A stretch of 64,000 bases of DNA. Origin: Tubiluchus corallicola (Eukaryota; Animalia; Priapulida). The DNA is taken from assembly GCA_030141605.1 (NCBI GenBank), contig JAQGDQ010000121.1, forward strand, positions 62,001 through 126,000, in the 5' to 3' direction. Under the pieces are notes generated by a model. That model made no database searches, was not told the DNA's origin, and saw only the letters and a list, made by a program, of their open reading frames with translations. This document shows, one piece after another, positions 30,883 through 45,400 of the stretch (the first letter of the stretch is position 1; the number at the start of each line of letters is the position of its first letter). The position numbers and the translations under genes are program-made.

Positions 30883-31699
30883 GATGATTAAAAGAGTTTT
30901 AATCAATAACAGTACTTGTCGCAGTTCAAACCACAACGCCAAAAATATTCAGGTTCGCGTACGGCGTTCTCTATTGTTTATATCCATTTTTTGTCACGAT
31001 TGTCCTATTAACACCTGTAACTTCAAGTTTAGTCTGTTTTTTGCGGTTGCTTATATTATTATCTATATCGTAGCAAGATTAATACTGTCGCCAATAAGCG
31101 ACGTTTGTCTATATAATTCTCAATCATGAACAATTTGCGCATGTGCTGGAGACTGAGGTAAATCTAGCTCTTCCTCCTGCCCTGACTCATTTCCCTTTTG
31201 CGTCACTTCACACAAGGATATCTGCTTGAATTGGAAAATCCTGTGCAAATTTACAGTATCCTGTTCATCTGGTAAAATTCTCTGGCGGCATTTAGGATGC
31301 AGTATAGACCAGCTTGAAAATTGAGAACTATCCCATTTTGGACTATTGTATTGTAACTCTACTTACCGGTACTATGTGTCTTCATGTTCTGTTTGTTTAG
31401 CCAATAAGCTTTTCAACATGGAAATGAAACTCGTTCGTAATTAGTGTCATTATTTTGCGTATTATGAGTATTGGGCAAAATTACAGTAATATCATCACCT
31501 AGAATATTTTTGCCTCAGCTAACGATGACACCACAACAATAAACATGCTTCATTAAAGCTTTCAAGCGAAAATTCCCCTAAACAGAATCTAGAAATAACT
31601 TGTTGTCGCTGGTAGAAATCGAAATCGTATAGCCCAGTTTCTCCTCTTTCCAAAGAGCTATAAAACTCCCTCCAAGATCACAAAAAAACACCGCATAAA

Positions 31700-31970
31700 C
31701 GTTTTTATCTATAGGGACTTGACAAGTTTTGTGAAAAAAAACGAGCCGAAAAAAGATATTTGGTCGGATTTTCGTCCCCCGTACCTTCTAGACGGCCCGA
31801 AACTGCACCATTATTGAAAGCATTTTTTCTTACCCAGATACACCCACCCCACCACACATCATACATACACAAAGATTCAAGTGAAAATCGGTGAAGTAGT
31901 TCTTGCGTAATTTTGTTTACTAACCAATTTACAAATCAACTAGTCAACCAACAAATGGCGGTAAATACGC
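31700..31970 (+). mobile_element. Possible Helentron/DINE-like non-autonomous element
   Basis: aaaatcggtgaagtagttcttgcgtaattttg, then degenerate (ACAA)n and ggcggtaa, a layout I recall from invertebrate HINEs. Confidence 0.35.
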
Positions 31971-32382
31971 TACATTAAAATTTGATGTCAAGTAGTACAT
32001 CAGAACAATCACCGAACCTTGTTAACCAAGCTGCTGCGTACTTTAGCAACGTATTTTTCGGTAGCCCTTGAAGGAGGTCTGCGTTGTACTAAATGCCTTG
32101 TTATGGCGAATTACGTTTACCGTGAACTTCTTATGACATGTTAGATTTGCAAATATCTCAGACCACCACGGACTGTAGTGTGATAACGAAGTATTGTAAG
32201 GAAACTCTTAAAACGGTCGGTAGCATTTTATACTGACAAAGATTTTAAATGTGATGCCGTTCAGAACTAACACCATAATTATAATGTGTTAAAATTCTCA
32301 TAGCATAATGCATGTGATATTATGTACGTTGATTATTTAAACCATGTTGTAATGGATTGTACCTGCAAATAGAGGCAATAAA

Positions 32383-32413
32383 ATAATAATAATAATAGTA
32401 ATAATAATAATCG

Positions 32414-32476
<63 letters not shown>

Positions 32477-32530
32477 CTGTGCCGCCTCTCTCTCTTTCTT
32501 CGCTCTCCTTCTCCTTTCTTTCTGTCTCGT
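32383..32530. repeat. (AAT)n plus (TC)n microsatellites
   Basis: Direct reading; perfect TC run at about 32417-32472. Confidence 0.95.
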
Positions 32531-33309
32531 TCTTTCTAAAAAGAAAAAAAAAATTCAACGATTTTTTATTCAATACAAGTAGCTCGGCTCTCGAGGTAAG
32601 AAATGTCATCAGGTGGCGACCCTGACGGTGACATTCTAAGTTGAGTACCACGAATAGGGCGCTAAAAAGTATCTCCTGAATCGACAGTTCTGATAAACAT
32701 CGCAACGCGTTCAGTCCAAATTGACAGTGTTCATACAAGCTATCGTCCTACATGTTGCCTTATACAGACGGACTTCGTGCTTATTTAAATTTACATGTAA
32801 AAGATTGGCGCGATATTGATGCTAAATTAACGAAAAATTTTGGCGATAGCCGTGAAGCTACTAAATAGACATTCCTATGCAGGGTCTGCAAACAGCGACT
32901 GTTTGCATGTGTCTGTTGGCTATTCATCATAAGTTGAGCAGAACTTCTGATTATGTTTGCTTGAAGCAAATTGATGATGGATAAATACGTCAAAACAGGT
33001 GCCTTTTTCACTAATATTGACAAGTTTGAGAGACAAACGATTGTGCATGCGCTTGGATTTTGAGGAATGGCCTGACGTGTTCCGTGCCGCAACAGTCGCC
33101 CAAACAATACCGAATGGTTGTCGTAAGACACACACGAATATGTTTTATGGAAAGGATGAGATATGCTCTCTTCATTTAGCAAGAAACAGCAGAGAGAGTA
33201 GGACAGTTGACACAACATTCTATTTTGCCTTATAGCAAATCGGAGTGTATACCTTTTTTGTAAAACGTATACTGTTTGCTAGGTTTTTTAGACGAGTTAA
33301 ACGTCTGCG

Positions 33310-33415
33310 TCTGTCTCTCCTCTCTCTCTCTCTCTTTCTCACTCTCACTCTGTGTGTGTGTTCGCGCGCGTGTGCATGCATGAGTGCGTGTGTGTGTGTG
33401 TATCCGTCTCTGTGC
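33310..33415. repeat. Compound (TC)n/(TG)n microsatellite
   Basis: Direct reading. Confidence 0.9.
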
Positions 33416-35867
33416 GTCTTCATTTTTATATGACGTGAAATTAGTGTTCCAAGTTTTCGTCGTTTATAATGAACCGAGCACTGGTACATCAGTGAAAGCT
33501 GTATCAGTATGATAATATGGTGAATGTCGTTAAAATATCAAATAGCACGTTTGAGAATTAGTAACTCTGAAATTTGCAGTAAACGTTCGAGCAATATTTA
33601 AATTTTTGGCGAAAGTTGCTCTTGTCCAGACATTCTTGCTGACCAATTAATTAAAGCACAATAGACACAAGAAAAGACAAGTTGAATCACTGGACGAGGT
33701 GGCTAGTGCAGGTAATCATAACGGGTAATTTGTTGCCCATCACCCTACAATGGCACCGATCTGTGCAGAAAGAAGAATCCCGACGCCGTCCCAAGAGCAG
33801 AATTTGAGAAACTGGTTTTATGCAGAACATGCTTTATTGCTAGAAAGCCTGGCGGGCTTGCAGACGAAATAAGCTACGATGGCTTCACCTTCTTCGTAAA
33901 TTATGTTATTAAATCACAAGATTATTATCTGTTAACTTGCCCTTGAACTCACGTAATGATCTGAGCTGATTTTTGTAAGTCTTTACAAGACAGCTTTACT
34001 CTTAACAGCTTAAACAGATTTGTAAAGAAAGATTAAATATCTGCAAGTATGGAGCACAGTAATCCAGCCACGCACAATAGCGTCTTTGGTAAATTCAGCT
34101 TTCCACTTTTTGCTCTCTAGAGAATTCTCAAAATGCAAATTTGCCGCCATTTTTCCAGAAAATTCCATGGCCTTATTACCCTAACAATCATCTACCGCTA
34201 GAGTTTCTCTTTTCTATTCCCAAACGGCACGAGTTTGTTTAGGAAAAATTAAAAAAACAACAAGAAAAACGAAGAACAACTTGTGCTTATCAAAACTAGA
34301 AAAGCTAAAACAGAATTCCAAACAGAAGTGGGTAAATAAAATAAATCCCTTTGCGGATTACTGACATTGCAAATCGAGATTAACCAGCAAAAAATAACAA
34401 AACAGTTTTGAATGAACGTTCATTTTTTGCTTTGCGCTGATATTACGCCTATAGAATAAGTTTTTTAAAACTATAAAACATCTTTACCTAATGTAATAAC
34501 TAATTTCCTAGAACAATTTGTATACTAGAAAAAAATTCTGTCATGTCTGTGGCTGATTCGTGATTTGTTAAAGGAAAACCGGACAATTGTGTAAACATTA
34601 GTTCAGAAAAAAGAACGCTCTAAAATATTGAAAACTACAATAGCTTTTTTAAATCAAAGCTTATGTTAAGTAATAATTACCTCGGATACTTGTTAAACTT
34701 TTAAACCTACGCGTGGCTCAATGAATCTACTGAGATTTTCGATTTTGCAGGTATCTTTCGTTAGTTAGTCATTGATGGTACGTAAAATCATCTCATAACC
34801 TTTCATTAACATGTGGTTTCCAGCCTGGCATTGGTCATCACGACCAGGGCCCTCATATTTAGTCATCTTTGCTATCTCAAAAGTGAATAATAATGCACTA
34901 GTTTACTTTCGGTAAACAGGAAATAATGACGAATTGCAAAACCATAGGTCTAATTGAAGACTGTTAACATCATATCTCCGCGTATCCATAGCCTGGTAAG
35001 CAATTTCCTATTGCACTTTTGGAAAAAAGAAAACTTACATTGCTTCAATGAACTTTTCTTAAAAGTAAGACTAAGTGCCGTGTAAAAATAAGTCAGACTT
35101 TCAGCGTGTATGTAATATATTCGTTACAGCTAGTGAATAGAAAACAATGTGCTATATAATAAACCATGCTTCTTACATACCGCCTGTTATTACTTATATC
35201 GCGTGATTTGTTTAGACATGTGTGACAATGCTCATATTAAAAATAAAACTCATTTATTTAACGCACGCATGAAGTTACGGACCCACTGATAGCAAAATTC
35301 TGCATATGTTCCGTCGGGTACACTTGACATTTGGACACGGGGACACTTGGGCACGAGATATTTCGGCACTAATAAAATTTAATGTTACACATATTTCTTT
35401 TTTGCCTATTAACTTTTTAGTGTCTCACTGTAACTTCCAAACGTTCACAATTTTTTTAAGAATCATCGCCTCACTGAATTAAACACTTGTAGCAATATGT
35501 TACATAGGACTTAAAACCAGCCGGTTAACTTCGCACTTTCCGGCTTAATTCAACATTTTGGGTGTAGCTTTTAAAATTAACAACGCAGAAGACATTGCAG
35601 GTTTTTGTTAAAATATGACAGTATTCTATTTCAAAAGTATCTAGTATATCGCAGAAACAGTACATGTAAATAACAGAACCTGCATCACAAAAAATCTGTT
35701 CTTTAACTAGTATTATAATATTATCGCAATATTCATTAAACGTTTGATGTGCTTCGTAGAAGAAACCGCGACCTAGGATGCGTTTTTTAGCTCTATTAGC
35801 TGCTTATAATTCATTACTAGTTGTAAACGACTTCCTACATCAAAGTTAAATGTGTGTGTTTTAATTA

Positions 35868-36288
35868 TAGTGGCGGATTTAGGGACTGAGCCCAAGGGGC
35901 CCGGACTTACGTTTCATAGTAGAAGTTACATTACACCAAGTGAATATTTTCTCTGGATTGTAAGCTTTAGAACGTTAATGGTAGTTTTAATGACTTATAC
36001 CGAGTGAAAAGTTTTGCATTAATGATTTCAGTGTAAAAACGTTTGTGCCCTTTAAGTGATAATTGCAGTTATATGCTATACTAGAGTGTATACTAGTATA
36101 TTGATGTGTAATTAAGAGTCAAACGTTTGAGGTGACATAATGAGTTTTAAACTATTGAATTTGCTTGAGGAAATAGTAAGAAAAATGGTCTAAAATGCAG
36201 TAAAATGCATTGGTAGCCGGGATTCCCCAGACCCCTAGCTGCTTTTTCATTGGGCTCACCCTTTTTTCTAAAGCCTGTATCCGCCGCT
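35868..36288. mobile_element. hAT-like MITE
   Basis: Imperfect TIRs agtggcggattta / tgtatccgccgct, with GC-rich subterminal blocks (gggccc; ccccagacccc). Confidence 0.6.
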
Positions 36289-39200
36289 TATCATTATCAA
36301 TATCGGCAATAATTGTATAGTACATTTCACTGTATCGTTTGCGAAATGCATTATTATGCGTTCAGCAGCAGTGTTTTTTACGAATCCATGTATAATAAAA
36401 TCACAGGAAAAAAGAAATAGCGTAACCCTAAGCCTAATTCTAACCGTAACCCTATATATACTGAGCAAAGCGCGATTTTTTTCACATACGTGTAATGTCA
36501 TTATATTGTACTTGGAGCTGGAATAGGCCAAAAATTAAATTAACAGCATTTAATACTGGCAGGGAATACAGTGCAACTCTCATGTGTGCATGTGAATGCA
36601 CCTTTATCTAGACCAGATTCAAGTTCTGACTTTGTATCAGTGAAAACCCATAATCATGTACACATCTGCGCTTATAAAAAAGGAAGGTTTACTGTAGATC
36701 CTTGTCAGTGTTGTTGTTTGCAATGTATTATCTTATTCAGCTCAGTTCACACTTATAAGCTTTGCCACAAACAGGGCAGTTGAGTCAGCTCTTCTATGGT
36801 CGACATTTTGGTAAGCTGACGTGTGCATCAGCTGACAATGTAGTGTGTGCTTCAGCAATAATAAATTGATAATTCACTTGAATTATTTTGTTGGATAATT
36901 TTATTTGAGCTTAAACGTTTCATTAGCTTAAGCGCAAACACATGAAACTCCCCCTCTTAGGCCGTAATGCCATCCTCGCTGCCTCCGTTGTGAACGAATT
37001 GTGACGGATTACCTGATTTTGTTTGATTACCTGACTTTCACTTTCTAGCCAAAATTGTGACTTTATTCCGGCACCTTAAATTTATTGTGACTTTTCCTAC
37101 CAAGTGTGACTTTTTTCCTGTGACTTTATCACCAATCACAGTTTTGGCAGGCGTATTGCGCTAAGAGAATCACACTATACATGTATATAGTTGTTTTCAG
37201 TTTTATATGATCGTAACCATCTTTTTATACAAAAACTTCAGATGTTCAAAAGTTGCGTAGCAAATACATAGTGAACGAGGATTCCGACAATAACTTTGGT
37301 CTGTTAAGCAGCGTGATTTTTAGTGCAAAATAGAGAATTAGTATTGTTGCGTGATCGAGTCACGTGAGGCCAAATTTGCGTCGGCGGTCGCGCTTAAATG
37401 TCTTTCACCCAATTATTGGTATGGGAGAATAGTTCAGTCTCGATTTCTCAAGATGTGGCCCAGCAGACTGCATGCTATATAAGTCTTCCAACGTCATAGC
37501 TAACTGTTTTTTACTGATTATACTGTATTATAGTTATAGTTTAGATTGGATTTTTATTGCGTAATGCAAATGTTTTATGTTCTTTGCACATTTAAGCTAT
37601 ACATTATCATGGCTTTTTTATATAAAAAACAACCCAATCTAATCCAATCTGATCTGCTGAATCCTTAACGTCTCTTAAATATATTTATGATTTTGAAATG
37701 CATGATACTATTTTTAACATCATGTGATGTTCACGTTATATTCACGTGATCACGCATTGACGAACGTCTTTCTATGTCCTTTAAGAGCTTCTCAATTTTT
37801 TTCTATTTCCGGTAAGTTGTTGAAAACGCCTTCGTGCAGCATAGCGTTACATGAAAAACTATTAAACGTTGCATTTGAAAGTGAAATAGATACGCTGTGA
37901 TAACGTGTTAGTTGGTTATTTAAAACGCCACTTAGCATTTTTATAAAGTAGTAATGTTAGATTGCCCGTAACCGACACCATGCATTTTAATAGTTTTGTA
38001 ATAACTGTTTCGTAAGCGGTGTACCGGCGAATACATGCGGTTTCTACGAAAATCTTGCGGAAACTATCACATTATTTTATGCGCGCGAAAATTTCCCCGT
38101 TCTTACAGTATTCACACCAAATAAGTTGCGTCTTGATTTAATACAATTAAATGCGTTAAAAGTAGTTATGCAGAGTTAAAAGTAGGTGTAAACTCAGAGC
38201 CACTCATATCTTGACCAGGACTTATTTGTGTACTCTCATTTAATAACTCATGCGAAAATTTTGACCCTCTTTGGGGGATTCACTTTTACCTCAAAAATGA
38301 AAATGCTATGTTAGCGAAGCTGAGTTTTCCCAGTTATTGTCTATCAATTCCTTTGCTATTAATAAATTCTCATATACCTAAATGTACTATATAAAGTTAA
38401 TAACTATAACGGTAAGCTTAAGCACACTGATTTTCAAAGAGAATCAGTGTTTTATAATCATGACCGACACGACAACACCATTTTTTCTCCTCAAAATCAC
38501 AAGTTATATATTTGCTGGTGAAACAAATAATAAACGCAATTTCGTTGAATGGGTGGATCGATCTTTATCTTTAGAGGTTCTGTAGGAAAACTCATTAAGA
38601 TCTTTTTCTTCCATGGCTTAAATGTTGAATAAACAAGCGGCTGTTTATCATAATACTCGTGCTACGTGTTAAACAATATTAGCTTTTAAAGCTTAATGTG
38701 ATTGCAATTATTGATTTTTTATTCATTATTAATTGCGATGTTCATCCACAAAATCGTCGGACTGAGACACTTCTCAACACAAGAAGCACTGGGTACTTTA
38801 TAATAATCCACTAGTTTATACGATAGTGATGGGTAGTTAACTTTGAAAGTAAAATTAAATGGTTTTTGACTTTTTATATAGTCAATTTGGTGGTATTAAC
38901 TAACCCAATAACCCAGTGTGGAAAATGTAACTAGCAAGATTAACAAACGTCTACAAAGGAAGGAAATCTATTGCATCACTTAACAACTGTCGAAACAGCA
39001 CAAAGACGTTCTTAACATAGCACATCATTGAATTTTTATTATTCAACTGCATATGGCAACAACCTATCACTATAGATCATTCATATGGCAAATAAATTTC
39101 TAACATTAGCACTCGTAACTGTTAAACTATTATAGTGCTAAATATGCAAAATCTGTTAACATTTGAAACAATGCACATAATGACTCAAGAGCTCATAAGA

Positions 39201-39488
39201 ACAGACCTCATTACAAAATATCACCTGCCTGCCATTTGCCTTAGGTTTACTTGTCATCAAATTTTGATGTCTTGATTTCCTCAAGAAGCAGCATTTATTA
39301 CGCAAAAGGTACTACGGACAAAAGTCGGTATCTTTGACAAAGGTGGAAGGAGAGTTTGAGAAAGAATAACCGGAGACACAATAGTTAACAATATACACTA
39401 AAATGGCAGAATTTACAACAGAATGTATCATAGCTTTACATAACGTCTTGGTAACATCATCGTCTTCGAGTGTCTGCCTCTGTATCAT

Positions 39489-42400
39489 CTATTGTATCAG
39501 CCACTTTTTTTCCGATGTTGATTTCTCTGTCTAACACTTTTCTGATTTCTTCTATGATGCCATCGTCATCATCTAGCACTGCTTTTCCTAAAATCAATCA
39601 ACTTATAACTGTCAGATAATCACCGTTTTCGACACTATGCTTCGAAAGTCTATGCAACAAAACTCATAAATTTCAAAGAAAAGTTCCAAGAAACTATTCA
39701 TAGTGATTATAAATGAGCAGTGGTAAGTTACAATTTAAAGAACTTCAGTACAGAAAATGCATCTGTTGACAGACCCTGTTTTGAGTGCAAGAATATATTG
39801 CTTTAATATTCGTTACTTTTAAGGAAGACAACTTACTGACCTTATGCTAGTTTTGCCAGGATTGTATGTCAGAGGTTCTACGAGCAATATGTATGTGTAC
39901 TAAAAAAGGACAATGGTATGTGTAACAAGCAGTGAAAGATTTGCATCTTAGGTTGTTTACGAGTGTTAACACGTGGCTGCCAATGTATCAGTGAATCCCT
40001 CCCTAGGGACTGAAGAGTAGAGACAGTGTTAGAATAAACAGTGCAAATGATCATGATTGTCATGCCCCAGGCCTAGGTTCTAAGCATTATGCATAATTTT
40101 TTAATCAACTTAGATTAGTTTGAAACAAGATTGCACTTCTTGCGTGTTGCCGTCCCACTCACACACGGCTATGATCATACATTACTTGTGTTAGTATGAA
40201 CAATGTTAGATTCCTTTTATTGATCCACCTCTTAGCATGCCAAAGACTTATTTCTTTTGCACATCAATGTACAAATGTATTCATTTACCTGTGTTAGTCT
40301 GAACAATACCACTAACTGAGCCAGTTCCTTCCTGTTCTTTTTCAGCAAATGCAAGCATCAATAGTTTTTGCTGCCTGGAAAGATTTCTAGAAAAAAATCA
40401 AACAGTGACTGATTATTTACAATGTGAAAGTGATTGTGCTAATCTTTGCAGTACATGTTGCGTGCCAAAGTAAAAATCATGTTAATTACTTTCTAACTGA
40501 TAAGAAACAAGCATTGATTGTATAATCTTTGTCCCATTTTGTTTCTGCTTAGAAAAAAAGTTTGTACAATGGGAAATGATGGCAAAGGTGGAATGTGTAA
40601 TAGTAGTTTGGGTTTTTAGAAGCTGCACTTACGGTACCATAAAAATAATTCATCATCACCATCACCACCATCATTATCGTCATCATCGTTGTCACTGTCA
40701 CTATCATCATCATTATGAAGAGATTAGACCCCCAAGTTACAGACTCCCCAATTTGTTTGAAAAGACTTTCCCTTCCAGAACATGCTTCGTTGCTCATTAC
40801 TGCCTCTGCATTAGGTAAAACGAGATTAATATAAAAAGCAAAAAACACACAGTAACCTGGTAGCAATAATAATATCTGGAAAAAATTGAACAATGTTCAA
40901 CTAGATGATAATAATACAAATTAACTGTAATCTAATAGCAAATAAGATACCTGTTGCAATTATTATTTGTGACAATGATAACCGTAACAACAAATATTAA
41001 ATGACAGCTGAATAAACAAACAGACAATACCGTGCTTTTAAACTGAAGCCTGTTTATAATATAAATGAACTATGACTAATGGTAATTGTATAAATGACCT
41101 ATAACCACACGAATGTAGTAATCAGTCCAAGGAAGGAGGCTTGCCCTTAGTAACGTTCATGAGGTTGACATGAGTTTGCACTGATATCAAATGCAATGGA
41201 ATTTCTTAGGGAAGGGACAAGTCGACAGATGAAGGCAGTAGAGAGGACTTGTCTGGAGAGAGTGGATTCATAGAAATGTGCCACATGGCAGAAAAGATGC
41301 AGGCAACATTGCCTCATAACGTTGATCACTGGTGCAGGATTATGTACCCACTGATACAATACTTCATTCTGAAGTAACAAAGTGACAATACATGCTTAAT
41401 ATGGCACTTAGTATGGTTTTGATGTAAGAAGCCCGGACATCTAAGATCATCCACTGAGAAGGTCCATGTGAAGCAAAACTGACATCCCCAAGTTGTTCAC
41501 TAGACTGAAGTTAATCACCAAGCAGGCTTACCATCAGGATAACAGAAATGGTAATTGGATGGTAAACCAAAGGTGGCAAAATAAATTTACAATAATTATA
41601 AAAACAAATTTATGACTGGTAAATCGAGATGAACAGAGATTTATTTCCAGTTATTTTCTTCTTCTTGCATCTCTTATGTAACTAGCGCTACTGTAGTGGG
41701 CATTTGTTTATTTCATTCTCAATTTCATAATTCACACATTTTTTATTTTATTATTTTATTCTAGGTTGCAAATGTATTTTCATACTGGCAGGTGCTCTCA
41801 TAATTACTACGATGACATTACGGTTTAATGCAGAAACGTCAGTTGTGAAATAAATCATGTCTCTATTCAAGTGAATGCTCGTGTTTTCTTATAAAGTACA
41901 ACTGCAGCACGTTTTACATGTATAAATTTATTGTCTTCCTCCTAATTTCATTATAATAATTAGTTCTGCCAAATCTGCTTAATTCAGCTTTTTTGTGAAC
42001 TCTTGTCATGGATTGATGTACAAGGTAAACAATGCAAACTAAACGTACTATAATTTAATCACTTTTATTAACAAAAATAAATTGTAGCTAAAAACATGAA
42101 CTAATTATAAAACTATAAAGACAGTAAACATTTCATCATTGAGTGAAACAGTTATTTGAAATTAGAATTTTAATTTACTTACTTTGGTGCTAGGATTTTA
42201 ATATGGATGTAGTGATCTCCAAATCCATAACCATTTAGTCTAGCTACTCCTTTTCCAGGTAAGCGAATCCGTGTATGCGATGCCGTGCCAGGCTCTATCT
42301 GCAAATGAAAAACAATCATCTCTTTAGAAATGTATTTTCAGTTCCTTAGCTTAGAAAGTTCAGATAAACAGAGAAAATGTAATTTAAACAAAAGAATATG

Positions 42401-45400
42401 ATTAAAAAACCTTGACAAAAAAAAACCAAGTGTGTGCAGTTAATCACACGATTGTGAAGAGGTTAATTTTGGAAAAGTAAATCAGCATAATTAGTTTCTA
42501 TTTTACATTTCATGAAAATTTTGCCTAAATCAGGTAGTTTAAAGTAAAAGCCCAGCCATTCTTTACATACATAAAAATTGTCTATTTGTGAAGAAGAGAA
42601 ATAATGGAATCAAATTTCAAATTTCTTATGGGCGACGACTGTTCTGATTTATTTGTACCGCCGATAGATTCTGCACTCTGCAAACTCGGTAGCGGCCAAA
42701 CAATGACCTGCTTATCGCTGCATAGTCTGTTTCTACCAGTCTGTATGCCGTGTAGCTTTGATATATAAGTGCACTTAACTCTGGAACTCATAGGTAGTTT
42801 TTACCAAAATGTGCGAAATTTTCAAATGATGAGAGTGAAATAAATTATTTGTTAAATAGAGGATCCACATGGACAAAAATGATGGTCTCTAGGTATCTAG
42901 GCGGGCCAGACCACCCTTAATAAAGTACTAAACAGACTGTTAGCCTTACCGTGACGAAGTCAGCAGTCAGCAGCCGCAACAATTAGAAAAATGTTTGGCG
43001 TGTTCGGGAAAATAATAGTGCATGGTAAAATTGTCTAATTATTCACACTTAATTAGTTGATTATTTTACAAAATCCATCGAAATATTGTTTCAGAACACG
43101 TTCTTTGACCTTTTGCGAAAAAATGACGGTAATGCTGGGCTTTTACTTTAATGATTTTATGTCACTTGCATAATAAAATTTTGAAAAATTGAACTTGTTC
43201 TTTCTGTTTTCATTCACTTTGTAAACAATACGTTTCTAGTTGAAAAACTATTCTGGTATGTACAACTAATTCTACACGAATGAAACCATACAATCACTAC
43301 AATACTCACTGGCAGATTGATATCCTCATGCAAGCCTTGAACATGAATGCTACCACCTAGAACAGCTTGAGTTATACTGATAACAGTGTCTGTATGAACA
43401 TCTGCTCCATCACGCCGGAAGTAATCACTCTTTGAAACTTTGAACGTAATGAAGACTTCCCTCTTCCCAACGGGCAAGCGCACGGTTTGTCCATCTTCAA
43501 CACCTACATGTACACATAACGATTTTCAAAAAACAAAATGTACTTTGCATAGAACCTTAACCATCAGTATCTAGCGATTAATCTGGATGTGTTAAAGAGA
43601 GCAATAATATCAACGAAAAAATATTAATTTTTGTTCAAAGCAGCTTGTAATGTTTTTCAGAATGTCATTAGAATGGTGAGAGAGATTACAATCTGTAAAT
43701 TTCTGAACAAATAATATAAAATCAAAATTTTTGTTCTTAAATCATTTGTCTTTAATTTATCAAGAGCTGACAATGGCAGATTTACTTTGCCATTAACAAA
43801 TTTTGCACAAAAATGAATTTTGCAAATAAACATACATTGATCAGTGCCAACATTGTTTGGGAATTTGCCAGATGTTTGATTTTCCTTTAGAGAAAACTTT
43901 TGGACCCACAAAAACATTGTAATTAACAATTTACCAGCTGGAACTGGAACAGTTACAGTTTTCCTTGTGACCATGGTGCCTTGTCCATTACACACTGTAC
44001 ATGGATGGGGTATGTGTGTCCGTGTTCCATAGCACTGTCGGCAGGTACTCCGCATCACAAATGGACCGGTGTTGATTGTTTCCTGACATAATACTCAAAC
44101 TATTAGCAGTTTATTGGCAAAATTAAACAAAGAGTACATTTCCAATTCTAATTCAAATAAATTTATTTGGTCTCCTTAAATACTACAGTCCTTACTGCTA
44201 TACATTATCAATTCAGAAATAGAGATAGGGTAGCAAAAGAAACATTCAGTAGCCGATTTTAGCCTCTAATTTCTCTGTAGAGTGACAAACGGCTGATTTG
44301 CATTACCACGTTGCTCTTATTATCAGTTTAGTTGATTGTCGAAAATGTCACCACTAATGCAATTATAATTACAGACCTTCAAGATTTCTACAGCCATAAA
44401 CAATTATAATTCTAAGGAGCAAATACATCTAGAAGTTTGGAAAAGCTGTATTCTTTGAATTGTTACTGAGTGCCCATGGACCATGCAGGATGCAATCATA
44501 TTTTAATATCAAAACCATTTGTGTGTAATTCATAATAGCATGAAACTTCCAAAGAATGTATGTTATATGAATTTTCTTTCTAACAGATGGCCAAACTATC
44601 AAATGGCAAGATTGGGTCTAGATCACTTGGCAATTTTCACACAAATGGGAAATAGCTCACCATTCCAGTTCCATGACACCTATTACACCTTTCTGCTTTA
44701 GTGCCCGGTTGACAACGGGAACCTTTACATGTACTACATGTGTCCAACACGTTGATGTTGATGTCTTTATTCACCCCCCTGGCAGCTTGTTGAAATGTCA
44801 AGTTCATCACCACCTGAAAACAAATTATCACTTGAAACAAAATAATCATTGCAGATTTTTCTCTATCATAATTTATGACTATCTTAATCAGACGTTACAA
44901 TTAAAAATACAATAGTGTTAAGTTACCAAAGTTAATTTAAGTGTCATATAGCTGTTCTGTATCAAAATTTCAGTATGCTTATCAATATCTTTGCAAAAAT
45001 AACATGCAACAATGATACCAACTTACACATTGTGATTTTTCAAAAATACAACTATATTATAAGCTATGTAGTCAGAGAAAGAGACTACTTTTTCAATTAA
45101 AGAAATCACGTATTCACAGACTACTTTTTCATATAAGTCTATTTAAAGACCTATACAACCCCACCTGGATTTTTTAATATATTATTCTGATTGCACAAAG
45201 AATGTATAATTCATTTTTACTAAAAGAATGGTATAAATTAAATAACTAATGTTTTTGTTTTAAATTTCGAACTGGTACATTTCCGTGAAGGTCGCCATGT
45301 TTTTCGGGTTTAGCACGAGTGTACGACAATGACGTAATCTGAACATTGATGTAATCTGAACATAAAGCTTCTGTGGATATGTTTGCGACAAAGCTAGCAT

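Noticed and set aside
32337-33489. ER-repeat and other ORFs of 60-145 aa
   Set aside because: Products of dinucleotide repeats or chance, with no recognisable domain or splice structure.
40549-40893. His-rich and Met-rich ORFs
   Set aside because: Translation of a (CAT)n microsatellite in a DNAJA3 intron.
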